Assembly (NCBI RefSeq): GCF_006345805.1
Contig: NW_021836000.1
Coordinates: 124,001-188,000, forward strand
Reading direction: 5' to 3'
DNA from: Octopus sinensis
Taxonomy: Eukaryota
Length of the DNA stretch: 64,000 nucleotides
A program made the translations under genes and the position numbers. Shown one piece after another: positions 23,198 to 37,094 of this stretch; within the stretch, counting starts at the first letter, position 1, and each line of letters begins with the position of its first letter. Under the pieces are notes generated by a model. That model did not search any database. It saw only the letters and a program-made list of their open reading frames with translations, and had not been told where the DNA came from.

Positions 23198-25511
23198 TTA
23201 ATACTTTTTTTAATATTAAGTTCAATAAATAGAACAATCAAATTTTTAATCAATTTTGATGTACTTGTCAGAAATCGGAGTTCTTTAAAACATAGTAGTT
23301 CAGACTAATTTAAATGGAACATTACGTCATCCTTTTTATAGTACACGTCAACTTCTTTTATTATTGGTGTTCAACGTTTTGTAGTACATCTCACTTAGTT
23401 AAATGTATATATTTGAACAAAATATATAACATAAGGACAAATAAATGTATATCTGCTTTAATATCTGCTTTATTACAAGAATTTTTAAGAAATTATAAAA
23501 TGTTTTATACTATGTAAAAAGCTATTTCAACTATTTCGAATTTAATTTAAATACAAGATAAGTCCTTAAATTGAAATAGCAAATTTTATATTTGAATATT
23601 TAACCGTGCTTTAGCCCTCCGGAGTTTCCTCTCTGCCCATTCCAAACTTAATTTGTTTTCATTTGTTAATAAGCTAAAATTAAATTAATATTTAACCTCA
23701 AATGTAATTTTTAACTTTATTAAACAAAACTGGTTTATCCAAATGTTCTTGATTGTCTATTTAGAGCGGAATGATTTGCAAACTTCAACAAAAATTTGGT
23801 TTTAAATTTCTCTCGATTAATAATTTTAGTTTTCATATGAACTTAATGTTTTTTAAGAAAAACATAATCACAAATTTTCAGTTTTAATGAAAACTTTTTA
23901 TAAATCTTTAAAGTTATCGACTTTAAAATATAAATGATGTGTATAAATAAATATCAACACCTATGTCACATTAAGGCTGAATATTCATACCAGTAAAGCC
24001 AAAATCAAAATTAAAGTTGACTATTGATAGATTAAAATGGTACAATTAAAAACCCTCAGATTTGTTTTTTGATAATAACTGATGACGTCACATTGATTTG
24101 ACGAAATTTAGCAAAGATTAAATTTATTTGTTTATAAAGCTGGATTGATTGAATGGGCAAGAATGTTATTTTAATGAGAATTACGTAAACTGTTCATAAA
24201 TTATTTAAAACTAACAAAATTATTTAAAATAACCTTTCGATGATATAGGTAATGAAAAAACAAATAAGCTTAACAAAATTGATCTCCAAATCATAAAAGA
24301 CCGAAAACGGATTTTAAAAGTTAAACGACAAATTAGAAGAAGAAAGAAAAAAGGTCATTTTTAAATTAACAACGAAAATACAAACTAAAAAGCTAGCTTT
24401 CTAACCCCGTCCAAAAATCAATCATTTCAATCCAGAAAAATAAGGTTTGTCCATAAATTATCAACAGTAATCAATTGAGAAAAATAAAAATGAATATCTT
24501 AAGAATATTGACTACTTCACTTTACGGAGTCATGATTTTACAAAAAATCTAATAAAAAAGTCACAGAACAAAAGAAATTTTTTACAAATATTTCCGGTTA
24601 TTCTTCGAGATATTGATCGTCCTAAAGTTGTAGATGCACATACAAAGGCCAAATATTATTAAATAAACAATCATCAAATAATATAATTAATTAATTTTCT
24701 AATATTTATTTCATTAAAAAGAACATGCGACCCTAGAGAGACTAGTCGACTGTTCTAGCATGTCTCTTTAGTTTTTTTCTCTTGTTCAGCAACTTGCATT
24801 AACTTTAAAAATCTTTAATTTCAAAAAATTAGGAAAATTAACTTATTTTTAAGGCCATGTTTGCAAGCCGAAATCTCCTCACCTTTTTCTCTGAACTTTT
24901 CTTTCGTTTAATAATAAAATTATTTATATTTTATTTAGAATTTACAAAATATGTAATTTTATTGTTAAGTCTTGAAGTCATCATAATATTGGAATGGCAC
25001 TGCTTCAATGGTTTGCAAATACAGAGTAGGTTTGGCATAATTAAATTCCGCGTAAAATCTATTTCTAATTCACTGTTTCATTGCCGAAAACAAAAATTTA
25101 GAAGTTTGTTTTTCTATTTCTCTTTCCGTGGTTATTGATTGTATAAAATTTCATTCACATCAGATTTTCTTTTTTGATAAAAAAAATTATAAAGATTTTA
25201 CAACATTAGTTCTACAGTTGTAAGGATGGTTTTCAAATGGAAATTGTCTGAATCTTTCTGTTCTGTTTGGGACTCAATATAAATTTTTTTATTCAATAAG
25301 TTGTTTAATCTGAATTTTAATTAATATGGTGGTTAAACATAGTAGGCCACAGGAAATAATAAGCTTTCATAAAATTTCCAAAAGGCTCTTATCTAGAGTG
25401 TATGATTGAATTGTAAATATTTAGATTTAATTAATAATTATATATTTAGATTGAAATTTAAATATTTTTTAAATTAGAAATACACTATATTTACGCTTAG
25501 TATCTTCTGTA

Positions 25512-26270
25512 ATGGACAAACAAAGTACAAACAAATTAGTTAAAAAATTATTTAAATAATTATAGATTTTGGAACAAATTCTTAGTGCAACTAAAAGGAT
25601 TGCTTCAGCAGGAACTGATGTCTTTCTATCAAATCCCGACCACTTTTCGATGCAAGAATTGGCAGACCTACGTTATCTCTTTAACGAATTAGACTCAGAC
25701 AATGACAGGTTCTTTAATATACTATTAAAAAATAATATTATATATTAAATGAATATAGTATTTATATATGAAATAAAAACTAAAAATTGTACAAATTTAG
25801 TATTCTTAATTTATCTCAACTCGAAAATGCCTTCAAAATACTTCGAATCGAAAAGGCCAGGTTTCTGATTGAATATATAAACGAAAAATCTATAAAAAGT
25901 TAGTAAAATAAAAATTTTTTAATAAATAAATTTAATAATTTTGTTTAAATAATAATAAATTTTAAGTAAATTTGGAGACATTCATGTTGATCATCGATAA
26001 AATTCAAGGAACGGATTTAAATCCAATAGAAATGCTAAAAATATGTTTTGATCAGATCGACATTAGTATAAATTATATTAATCATATAATATAGATAAGA
26101 AGGGTTTGATTTCGGTAAATGATCTGGAAATATTGTGTAAAAATCGGGATATTAAAATTAAAAGAAAAATGATTGTCGAGATGGTAGAAGATGCGGATTC
26201 GAATGGGGATGGATTACTCAATTTTGACGACTTTTGTCAAGTCATGATTAAGACTGACATTTTCTATTAA
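25512..26270 (+). CDS. Centrin/calmodulin-like EF-hand protein (5 exons)
   Basis: LFNELDSDNDSILN, FDQIDINKKGLISVNDL, EMVEDADSNGDGLLNFDDFCQVMIKTDIFY*; four GT-AG introns restore the frame. Confidence 0.88.
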
Positions 26271-26804
26271 TTTGACATATTTAAAACTAACATTGTTTTA
26301 AAGTGTAATGAATTTTTTAAAAATAAAATACATTTTAATTTTGACAATATTTCGAAACAAGAAATTTAGCGTTTTGATTTGTATTCATTTTATCGACGAA
26401 TTTTTAGCAATTTTGTTGAGTGAAAAAATGATTTTTTTATATTTTTACTTTGAAAATATATCAGTTTGTGATTAGACTACTAAAATAGTTGTATATAGAA
26501 AGTTGTTAAAAAATCACAAGAGATTTGGAATATTTATTATTATTTGTCGTTTATTATTCAAATATTTGATGTTACTTGCTACTATTTGTTGTTGAGAAAA
26601 ATCGTTTGATGCAGGATCTCGATATTACTTTACTGAGGGCATCAGAAATGAATAAACTTACTTTGTATTATTGTAATGTCTGAAACCAATTCTGATCCCT
26701 TCAGTTAAGGTTCCAATATTTTATTTCGATTTGTATTAGTTCAATTTTCTTATTTGTTATTCAGTTCGATATTTCTATTTTGAATAAAAATTTGAACAAA
26801 TCAA

Positions 26805-29100
26805 AGACAAGATCTAAGATTTAATGAATTGATCAAGGGATTGTAAATTTATTTAAATCGTTTTATAAAAAGGAATGACTAGAAATTTGAAAATGGGAAC
26901 AAATATAGAAACATTGTCATTTACAGACGAACTTACCAAATTTAAATTATAAATAGCCTACCTTTAATTATTGAGGCTTTGAATGAAGTCACAGTGAAAA
27001 CTATTTGCTTTAACAAGGCAATTACACGAAAACCTCTCGAATCCGCTTGTTTCTCGAATCCGGTTCTCAAGTATTGTGAAAAATAATTTTTTATTTAATT
27101 GCAAGTTAAATTAACATTTTAAAAATTTCATTACACGTTAAATTGTATTTTTCTGATGCGTCGTTGTGTTAGACTTTCTATTGACGAAAAAATTTCTATT
27201 ATATTTTTGACAACCCATTTGTTTCTCACCTCAAATTTCCAAGATTTTTTCTCCACGATTAAAAAAGAAAATTTCTACCGAGAACTATGAACGACCTAAG
27301 TCAAAATCGGATTTTTTGAATAGAACTGATATCAAAAAATTAAACATAACGAGAATTCCAATACTCAATGTAGTCCCTGTTAGTGAAACGACGGGCAGAG
27401 TGATGGTGTCATATTGACTTTGGAACTTCTCAGAGGCCATATAACGGAACGAGGGATGATAAGTCCAATCGTATGTTAATATCTAGTCCAGGTTGGTATG
27501 CCGTCAGATTTGCTGTTGTCAGAGAGAAAATCCACAGAATAGATTCGAGAAACAAGAATAATATGAATAATCTTGGGATTTAATATCCAAATACCAGTCT
27601 AATTTTTAGAAGATATTGCTTCTTAACGGTTAAATTCCAAAATGAGTGTCAAAATAGAAAGATATTGCTTCTTCTAGATAATGCCCTAGTCCACTATTTT
27701 TATGGCAAATTCAGTAATATCAATTTGTATTTTCATCCTCCAAAGACAATCTAAGATTTAATGAATTGATCAAGGGATTGTGCATTTATTTAAATCGTTG
27801 TATAAAAAGGAATGACTAGAAATTTGAAGATGGGAACAAATATAGAAACATTGTCATTTACAGACGAACTTACCAAATTTAAATTATGAATGCCCTACCT
27901 TTAATTATTGAGGCTTTGAATGAAGTCACAGTGAAAACTATCAAAAATTGCTTTAACAAGGCAATTACACTAAAACCTCTCGAATCCGCTTCTCAAGTAT
28001 TGTGAAAAATAATTTTTTATCTAATTGCAAGTTAATTAACATTTTAAAAATTTCATTACACGTTAAATTGTATTTTTCTGATGCGTCGTTGTGTTAGTCT
28101 TTCTATCAACGAAAATTTCTATACTACGTTATATTTTGACAACCCATTTGTTTCTGCACCTCAAATTTCCAAGATTTTTTCTCCACGTTAAAAAAAAATT
28201 TCTCTCGAGAACTATAAACGACCTAAAATCAAAATCGGATTTTTTGAATAGAACTGATATCAAAAATTAAACATAACGAGAATTCCAATACTCAAATTTA
28301 ATGAAATTGATGTAGCGATGATAAAATGGATTGCAAAACAAGCTCTCAATTTGGAAAAAAAATCATCCAGAATTTAAAGACAAGTTGTGTTAAGAAAATT
28401 CACGGAGACAGTGGATCAGTAAATCATGATGAAAAATCTACTGCTGATTTTAATGAAACAATCAGTTTAAATTGAACAATATGGATTGGACAATGTTATA
28501 ATGCAGATGAACTGGTTTTTTCAAGGCGATTCCTTCTAAAAGTGGTGTGCCACTAAATCAAGGCCTGAATATTTTCTTTATTATTATGCGCAAATTGTTC
28601 TGGTTCCAATAAAGAAGGCCTGCAATGATAGGAAGATAAAAAGTCCAAGATGTTTTAAGAATTTCAACATTGGAAAAAATGTTACCTACACCATACCAAT
28701 AAAAGCATGGATGATTTTTTGTTCGGTCACAAAATCGGCGGATCGAGAGGTTTTACTGTATCGAAAATTGATTAAAATACTCGAAAATCCATTGACGAAA
28801 AACGCATTAAATTTGAATACTTTACAATTAAAAATAAAAAAAAGTAAAATTACGAAGAGTTTCTTGTCTGTGCATTCGTCGTCTGCAAAACTCTTGATCA
28901 ATACAATTTGAAGAAGAAATTGAGGATTAAGAAATAAATAACACAAACGACAAAAGAAGCACTTAAATATTTGGAAAATATTGATAAATATTTTTTGCAA
29001 GAATCTGGTGAACATATTTCCCTGATTACAAATTTGAGGAATATATCAGCGAAAAGTACAAAGAAACCAAAAATGAACGATTATATGACAGATTTCTAAT
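26805..29100 (+). mobile_element. Nested Tigger elements with a partial duplication
   Basis: Outer DDE_1 (RKILLLLDNA..H, DQGIV, VTVKTIKNCF) is interrupted at TA by an inner element 27968-28758 (TIR CA(C/G)TAAAACCTCTCGA; HTH, YNADETG-like motif). 26805-27367 duplicates about 27742-28295. Confidence 0.85.
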
Positions 29101-30061
29101 TAAACTTTTTTCTTTAAATTTATTTAACGAATGCTCAATTCTTATTTTCTTTAAATTAATATTTTTTTGACAAGCTCTTCATGATGCTATCATCAATGTC
29201 AAACAGAATTAGTTGTGATTAGCTTATTCTACGAATTTGCATAAAATGAAAAATTTGAATAAATTAAATCTTAACATTTGTAGTTAGTATTTTTGCTATA
29301 AAATACATGAAGGTATTTCTAGTAGTTTACATAAATCACGACAGCTGATATCAAATGTTATTTGTTAGTTAGTAGCCTCGAACTTCCTGACATGCAAAAA
29401 GTTGGCGTTATTACGGCAGAGAGCTTTGCCCGTCGCTCCGATAGATTTCGAAACCTGCGCGTGGCAACGACATTGGTGGTAGTGCAGGACAGCAGAACAA
29501 ATGATAGACAGAAATCGGATTGGAGTTAAATATGTGGATGAACTTTTTTATAATTTTTTCTCCATGTAATCGGGTTTAGGGCAAGGATGATGTTTGCAAG
29601 AAAGTCTTGCGAGAATCGCAAGTTCCTAAAAAGTTTAAAAATGCCCAAAGTCAACATAGATGATTTTAATGAATTGTTAATGATTTTATAATAATTTTTC
29701 TATTATTAATAAAAAGTTAGTGAATTAATATTAGTTAATATACAACGTGTATACCAGAATGTTTCCTGTTCTTGTGTGGCTTTTTATTCTTATTTTCCTT
29801 TATTAAAATCAACGTTTAATTTTGGTTTGTATGATTTATATTCTCGATATTTTTTTAAGATTATGTTTATCTGTGCATTTTATTAAAACTTAAATACATT
29901 GTTCATTTGAAAAATATTTTAAACAAGAAATTTTTCAAGTTGATTATTATTCGACTAAACAATGATTTATTTTTATTAATACTGCTTTTAATTTTTTGTA
30001 TTCCTCTTAATATTTTAGTTCTATTTTAATATCTACAGTATGGTTCAAAAATATTACACCC

Positions 30062-31275
30062 ATATGCAGTATGCTTCGCATTTAAGTCTCCAACAAGAAT
30101 TGGATTTTCATTTCCTTCCATAAAATTTTTGACAATCGACGAATAATCTTTTAACCTTTTGGAGTATATTCCTCCAACGGTTATCCATCCCATAGAAGTT
30201 TTTAAATCAATGGATGCTAATTCACATACATTCTGTTCAATTATTCTTGATTCCGAATGTCAATAGACTTTTTTGTAAATATTGATGTTCCTGTGCCGGC
30301 GTTAGCACCAGGATGCCAAGGAATATCAATCGAGCTGTATCCAGGAATAGTGATATTTCCAGACTTCTTCATTTTCGTCTCGTTAATGATAAATACATCC
30401 ATCTGAACTGTGCTGATAAGAGCTTTCGAAGAGAGCGGGCATTAACCAGGGTAATCCTGGTCACGTTTGATTTATTTGGTGGCTGCTTTCCTCTTTTAGG
30501 AGAGCCACCAAACCGAGTAAAAGCTTGGCATCTTTTTTAGTTCTGGTCACGTCCTTAATAGATCTTTCGAGCTCACTAATTAAGTCAGCTCGAGGTCGAC
30601 CCGTCATTGACCCAGCTCCTGAAATCGACAAAGTCTGCACCGCCGAGTGAGATATAGTCGTTTCCTCTGTCTGTGTTCCAACTTCAACTGTTTTCCTAAC
30701 TCTTGGAACGTTCCATCCCGCCCATGGCTTCAAAGGTAAATTTTTTATGTCTGTTTGGTTGATTTTAGCATTCTCCGAAGCTTCTTTTAACAGTTTCTGA
30801 ACCAGAATTTTATCATTTTTCAGCTTTGAAGCTTCTTTAGCTTTCTCACAGCCCCGATAATTTGCCAAGTGGCTCGAAGAACCGCAGTTGACACATTTTT
30901 TCATGTTAGAGTCCTTGCAATCTGTTCCAGCATGTGTACCCGAACAAAATAGATATTTCTCCTGATTTTACAAAAGCGTGCTATGTGGCCAAACCCTTGG
31001 CATCGATAGCACTGGCCTTACATTCGAAAAGCCACTCCAAACTAACCCCAGAGCTGGAGGGATCGGTACGATCCATTGAAAACGTTGCATCACTTAAATA
31101 AATAGTGGTGCAAGGGGTCGTTATTTTTATCGAAGGGACATCTGGTGTCTCATTAGAGTTGACCCCAATCAGCAAACAAACTTGGTTCTTCCGTCTCCTT
31201 GGTTTCGTTTGGCTCTTCTCTCCCCCTCTTAATCTAGTGACGAGTTTGTTACATAGAAAATAAACAATTCAATAG
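30062..31275 (-). mobile_element. LINE 5' portion (gag-like ORF1 + start of APE endonuclease)
   Basis: QCYRCQGFGH, FCSGTHAGTDC, KCVNCGSSSHLANYRGC; RITLVNARSL...INETK; 17-bp TSD TCAAAAATATTACACCC (30045-30061, 31276-31292). Confidence 0.85.
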
Positions 31276-31769
31276 TCAAAAATATTACACCCCTTGACTT
31301 TTTGACAAAAAATCAATTTTCTATACTAATAATTGATTAAACTATTTTTATGCAATTTAGTTCTTATTAGAGTTGATTTACTAATTTTTATTTTTTTAAA
31401 TTAAAAATCAATTTATTTTATATCTGTTAGTAAAAACATGAAAAATTGCCGCCTCATAAATAGTACATCATTTAAAAAGTCAGTATTTGGTGTGCCCTCC
31501 TTTATTTTTTGATGACTGCTTTTAGTCTCGAGGTCATTGATTCCACCAATTTGATACTATTTCCTTTGGAATTTTTTTTTTCCATTCTTAAATAATTAAA
31601 TTTTCTAGATTTTTTTGTTTTGTGACGTCAAATGTTTCAATTTTTCTTTTTAAATAGCACCACAGGTGTTCAATTGGATTTAAATCTGGCGACATGCTCG
31701 GCCAGTCCATTTGCAAGATTTTTTTCAGTCAAAAAACTTTTAGTATTCTTTGCAGTATGCTTCGGATCG

Positions 31770-32488
31770 TTATCTTGTTGGCAGAGCTCTTTTGACCTCA
31801 TCTCGGAAGGTCGGTACAAATAAACCCTGGATCAAGAGTGAACGCTCCTCAGACGTCTTCAATACCGTCCCCAGAGTTATTATTCTTGACAAGACTGCGT
31901 TCCCCCCGTTGTAAAAGCCAACAGTACAGAACCTTAGTACAGACACTGGGTCATAAGGGTTTGATCCCAACATCTTATCAAGAAGACAACACAACTTATC
32001 CAATGGTTGCTTCTCTACGTACTTTAAGGAGAATTTAGCGACAAGGTTTTGATCAGGGTTAAATGACGGTGACAGACGCGCCATTGCTGAGTTGTATCTC
32101 TCGATTAAGGCCGTCACGGCCTCGGGGTTCCTCGATTTTACTTGACTATATCGGATCGGGAAGAGTACCCGCATAAAGGCCTGAGCCCATTCGCTCGCTG
32201 CAGGATTCTTCAAAGACTCGGCAGGTCTAGGCCTGCCTATTGATATAGGGTCTTTGGCTCGAAATATCTTAAAAGCTTTTGCTCCCAGCTTGTACATCTT
32301 CGTGGTGGGTTGCTGAGGAAATACGCCAATGCGTATGCGATAAGCTCCTGATTAAAGTAATCAAGCCTCCCAAGCTCGTCGATTACGTGGGTTCCGATAC
32401 TACCAACAGAGAATGCGTTGATCCAAGTTCCACTCGATTCGCATTTTCCAGTCACTAAACAGGCACGTCTGTGTTGGTTTGATTGGTT
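31770..32488 (-). other. Endogenous viral element: rhabdovirus/Mononegavirales-like nucleoprotein fragment, copy 1 (175-aa ORF 31770-32297)
   Basis: DKLCCLLDKML...SVLRFCTVGFYNGGNAVLSRIITLG...LIQGLFVPTFRDEVKR parallels the conserved rhabdoviral N core (KIVAAxDMF..xxLRxGTxxSRFKDCAAL...WI...xDExxR); GC-richer and intronless. Confidence 0.75.
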
Positions 32489-34393
32489 CAGAAGCCTCTC
32501 ATATTTTCAGCAATATAATTTTTTCTTTAACACGTTTTACTGGTCGTAATAACGTTTTTTTACATGGTTTTCGATTTTCTAGTCCAAAAGAATATAAGCA
32601 TTCCTTATTGTTGATCGAGAAAGTCGTAAATTGTGCTCATTCAATGTAATTTGCAATTTCTTGTAAAGTGGAAAATGATTTTGATCATATTTCGTCAATA
32701 TGCGTTTTTAATCGCCAGAGTAAGTTTTTCTGGACGACCAGAACCAACGGCACGTTCAAAAGGCATTCCATTTTTATTTCGCGCTGAGTTGCTGCACGAA
32801 AGATTTTGAAACATTGAATTCTTTAGCGATTGTTTCTTTGTGAGCCTCCTCGCCTTAAGTGTTCCGCAATTAAATATTTTTTGATCAGGAAACTTTGAGA
32901 TGACATCGTGCTGTATTTTGAAATTAATTATTAAAGAAAAATCAAGTAATTATAAAAAAAAGTGTAACAAAAATAAGTGTCGCAGTAATAGGGATTCCAG
33001 GAAATAGCGATCGTTAGTAATAGTGCGCATAGTATTCAAATATAAATAAATTAACAATTTATAAATCTATTTAAAAAAAAAAAAAGTATTTTTTTTTGAA
33101 AATGTTTTTAATTTTTGACAAAAATAATCAATTTTATTTGAGCAGGATATATCATCGATGTGCAATATGAAAGGGATCAGATTATGATTATGAGTCAATG
33201 CGAATTTACCGTCAACACTCAGTACCGCCAATGAAATCGTTCTTCAGGCTCCGGGCTGAATATACTGTCGTTGGGCTTTTACAGCACGACAGGGTCCAAA
33301 TTAGTTCGACGAATCTGTGATCAATCATGAGGCCCCTTACGGCTGGATATTAATAGGATAGCTATCGTGGAAAAGCTATAAAAATTTTGTTCGAATAAAC
33401 TCGCTTATAATCTTAAATTTTTGTTTTTTATGATGGCAATCGAAATATGACCAACTATTTGCTATTTCACATAAAAAAAAGAATTTGAATTACTTTCCAT
33501 ATTTCATTTTGTTTAAATAAAAATAAATCGAAATCAAAATACACTCCATAGCAGATTAAACCGCTGAAAATTGACTAAGATTGTTAACAAAAAGCGTCAT
33601 TAATACATTTAAAAAAAAAACGTTCAAAACAATAAACGATCTATCTTAAGCAATATTTCATTATTCCTGTACGCTTTAAAGCAGATTTTGTAGTAGCTAT
33701 TTATTAATTTATAAAATTATCAAATTAACGAAAAATCGTCCTGCCAGTATTTGTCTTTAAAGATGTCTCTATTTGGACAATTAAAATTTTTATAATTATT
33801 TTACTTCGATCGCTATTCCTGAGATCTCTATTTACGTAATTGATTTTTGTGGTTGTAGTTTAAAGTTTATAATAGACAAATTGACATGAAAATGCTATAG
33901 CTGACGAATCAGTAGTAGATTGAGAGGCATAAACAGCAATGTGTTACGTTCGGTGGCCTAGACTTATTCTCTGAGAGGAGTCCTTGTGTATCTGGACAAT
34001 TCATTCAATATTATTAAAGATTCCATTTGAGATAGTTAAAGTTTTCTTCTTATATCACTTGACTGAGTTGACAGCTATAAGGAGTACTTTGCATTCAGAT
34101 TTCCAAAATGACTTCATCAATGCAAACCGAAACACCTACAGATGCACATAGTTTTTGACTTAGTTTGATGACGATTCTTCAATTAAAATATTTTTAACAG
34201 AATTTCCAGGTAAGCTCAAACTATGGATCAGCAACTTCCTAAGTGGACGAAGGTATAGGGTATACCTCAGAGGACTGAAGTCAGGTCTTCTGCCTAATGG
34301 AGTACCGTCGGGTTGCTTTTTAAATATTTGAATTAAATTGACTATTCATATCTAACCTATTTCTTATCGATGAATCTACACATTTTAGGACTC

Positions 34394-35590
34394 ATGTTCA
34401 CAAAATATATCATTCAAATGCTAAAAATAAAAATCAGCCAACATAAAACTAACTTAACCAGTTTATACGATTCTAAAAGTAATCAACGATGGATAAATTT
34501 CATAAAATATTATTGGCTTGTCAAAAATCTAATTTTGTAGCAAAAATTTCGGCCAGAATGAACTTCAGGATAATCTAGCTCTGATTGATCAACATAATTT
34601 AGAGTTCGAAAAATACCACCTTTTATAAACTGGGAATCAATTCGTTTGCAGACATGGTCTCATCTCATTTTTATTGATAAAAATCATCAGACAAACAAAG
34701 AATTCTCACAGTTACATATTTTTAGGGCAAATGGACGCAATCGTTATGAAAAATATTCAAAATATTTTTCAGAAACTGAACTCGATTCTCCAAAATATGA
34801 TTTTCCATATCTTTTGACTGGGGAGATCAAAATTTAGTCACAAAAGTCAAAAAACAGGGTCGTTGTGGGTCGAGTTGTATATTCGAGGCGATCTGTAAAA
34901 ATGACTATTTTTCTAGCTTGTCAGTTTCGAAGGTCAATACACAATCAAATATGGAACATTGACTAGTTTTATGAAGAAAATGTGCTTGATTGCTTTAATT
35001 TTAACGTATGTCAAGGTGGATACATTGAAGATGTTTATGACTATATCATTCCCAATGATGAGATAGATAAAACTGCTGGGTATCCTTACAAAGGAAAGGT
35101 TACAGAATTCAAATTTATTGTAGAAAAAAACATGTCAATACAAGAACAATCCAGTTAGAGTCTTAAAAATATGTTAATTGACATACAAATATATAATTTT
35201 TTTTAGTTTAGGCAAAAGTGATAAAAGATTAATCGAAGGGAGGGCAGCAGCCTGGCGGATCGCCAAACTGTTCCCCGGATAACGGCGATCGAAAACCGCT
35301 GAAAAAGCTAGTCCATTGACAGCCATTGACATAATATTCTGAATTAACAGTATTAAAAACGTTAATGGAAATTGTCCCTTCACAGTTCTTATCGACTCAT
35401 CATCTATTAGTTTTCAATTGTATCGTGAAGGTTATAAAATTTCTACAGGTCAATAGGTGTCCATGGTAATGCCCATTGTGGCACAGAATTAAATTATGTA
35501 GTTACTCTTGTCGGATATGGGGTAGAAAAAGGCAACGAATATTGCCTCATTAAAAACAAGATGCCGGATTTAAAACTAAAAAAAACAGTT
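34394..35590 (+). pseudogene. Cathepsin L/papain-family cysteine protease pseudogene
   Basis: Prodomain IDQHN...LGINSFAD; FDW...VTKVKKQGRCGSSCIF, EENVLDC, CQGGYIEDVYDYII, YPYKG, LNYVVTLVGYG...YCLIKN. Catalytic motifs altered, frameshifts, CRE insertion. Confidence 0.8.
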
Positions 35591-36249
35591 GGGGTCGACG
35601 CTGCGCGAATTGCTGGCTTTGAAAAAATAGCACGAAAACAAAAATAAAAGGGCGACATTGGCATGGGAAGATTTATTATCAGTTTATCCAAACTTTTATT
35701 TTCTTTACCGTCTTCTCTCTGCTATTAGTGCGAAAAACTGCTATCTCCCCCTGATGCCAACTTTTCCCTTTTGTTGACAGTGATTTTAATTCTTTTTTCT
35801 CATTTTTCAGGGGAGACCAATTAATTTTAAATATTGATTATATAAAAAAAAGTTTAAAAAGTTTATCCAGAGAAAAAAGGAGATATTACGCACATTAAAT
35901 TTATAACAGAGTATATAACAAAAAAAGTATATAAAAAAAATATAATAAAATATAAGATCAAAAATGATAAATATATTGTTAATTATGTTTTGAATTGATA
36001 TAAAAAACGCCTTCAAAGCAATCTTTAGGCAAAAAGCTTAAATAGCCAATAAACATAAGAACAGTAAATAAAAAAAAAAAATAGCAAATCACAAAAAATG
36101 ATTAAAATTAAATAAAATTTGATCTAATTAATTGCTTTTTGATTTAATGTAATAGAAAAAATATAAAATGAAATTTAAAACAATTTAAGTAAAAAAAATT
36201 AACATGAGATTTGCTATCATTATAAAAAAGACTGAAAACAATAAATTTT

Positions 36250-36650
36250 CTTTCGCAATTTCCGATACCGAACTGAGGAATCTTGACTCATGGTGTACAC
36301 AGGCATCAGAAAATCAACAACGAATCTCTCCACAGGCTCAGCAATTTGGCGCCAATCAGCCATGACATCATAGACGGCCGCTGGAGAGTATTTGGGCACA
36401 TCCTAAGAATGGACCAAACTGCACCTGCCTACCAGGCCATGGAAGAATACTTCCTGTCAGATTGACTAGAATTTCGCGGACGGCCCCGAACAACAGTGCC
36501 ACCTGTTCTGCAACACGACCTAGTTTGCGAGGGGAAATCCCTAAACAACTGCGATGAATTGGACAAACTCTGCAGGTGGGCCTAAAACCGCAGAAGGTGG
36601 AAAACGATGGTTAAGAAGGTCGTATCGTATGTGACACGCAAGGAAACATG
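36250..36650 (+). mobile_element. RTE-like LINE 3' fragment
   Basis: RWRVFGHILRMDQTAPAYQAMEEYF...RGRPRTT. Confidence 0.75.
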
Positions 36651-37094
36651 ACTTATTCTGTTCATTTTCCTACGAGAAGTGCTATAATAATACTTCTTTT
36701 AAGCTTAACTAATTATTTCATGGCTAATTGGTGACCTTAGAAAGTGTTTGCATAAAAATTCCATCTTGGAATGTGGCAGAGTGGGTTAATACAGTAAAAT
36801 GACTATGAAGATGTTATTTATCAATAAACAAGAAAACAAATAAAATGAAGGATTATTGTCATTTTTTAAGAGACGTACACCATTAAAAGAAATGGCTCCT
36901 AATGATGAAAATTGGTACTGGAATTCATTGATATTAAAAATTTTAAAGAGTCTGTTTCATTCTCAAAACAATTATATAAGAATTCGTGACATTCAATTGA
37001 GTGGAATCCTAATAGATTATCAAAACGTTCTCCAACAAGTTCATTAAAAGTAAATAGGTTATTAATAAAAATCGACCATGTTCATATTCTATTT

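Larger units (their letters stand above)
30036..32980 (-). mobile_element. Tc1-family element, copy 1 (DDE core replaced by viral insert; TIR split by a LINE)
   Basis: TA-CAGTATGGTTCAAAAATATTACACC terminus; transposase GSGRPEKLT, KPCKK, QQDNDPKHTAK, SPDLNPIEHLW; 5' end truncated at about 32980. Confidence 0.88.

Noticed and set aside
24700-25400. Minus-strand gene divergent from the centrin-like gene
   Set aside because: Splice-like signals are present but there is no reliable model or homology.
35807-36016. Hydrophobic F/I/L-rich short ORFs (also 28686-29015, 44483-44887, 47441-47632) as membrane proteins
   Set aside because: By-products of A/T- or purine-rich low-complexity DNA, or antisense to real coding sequence.
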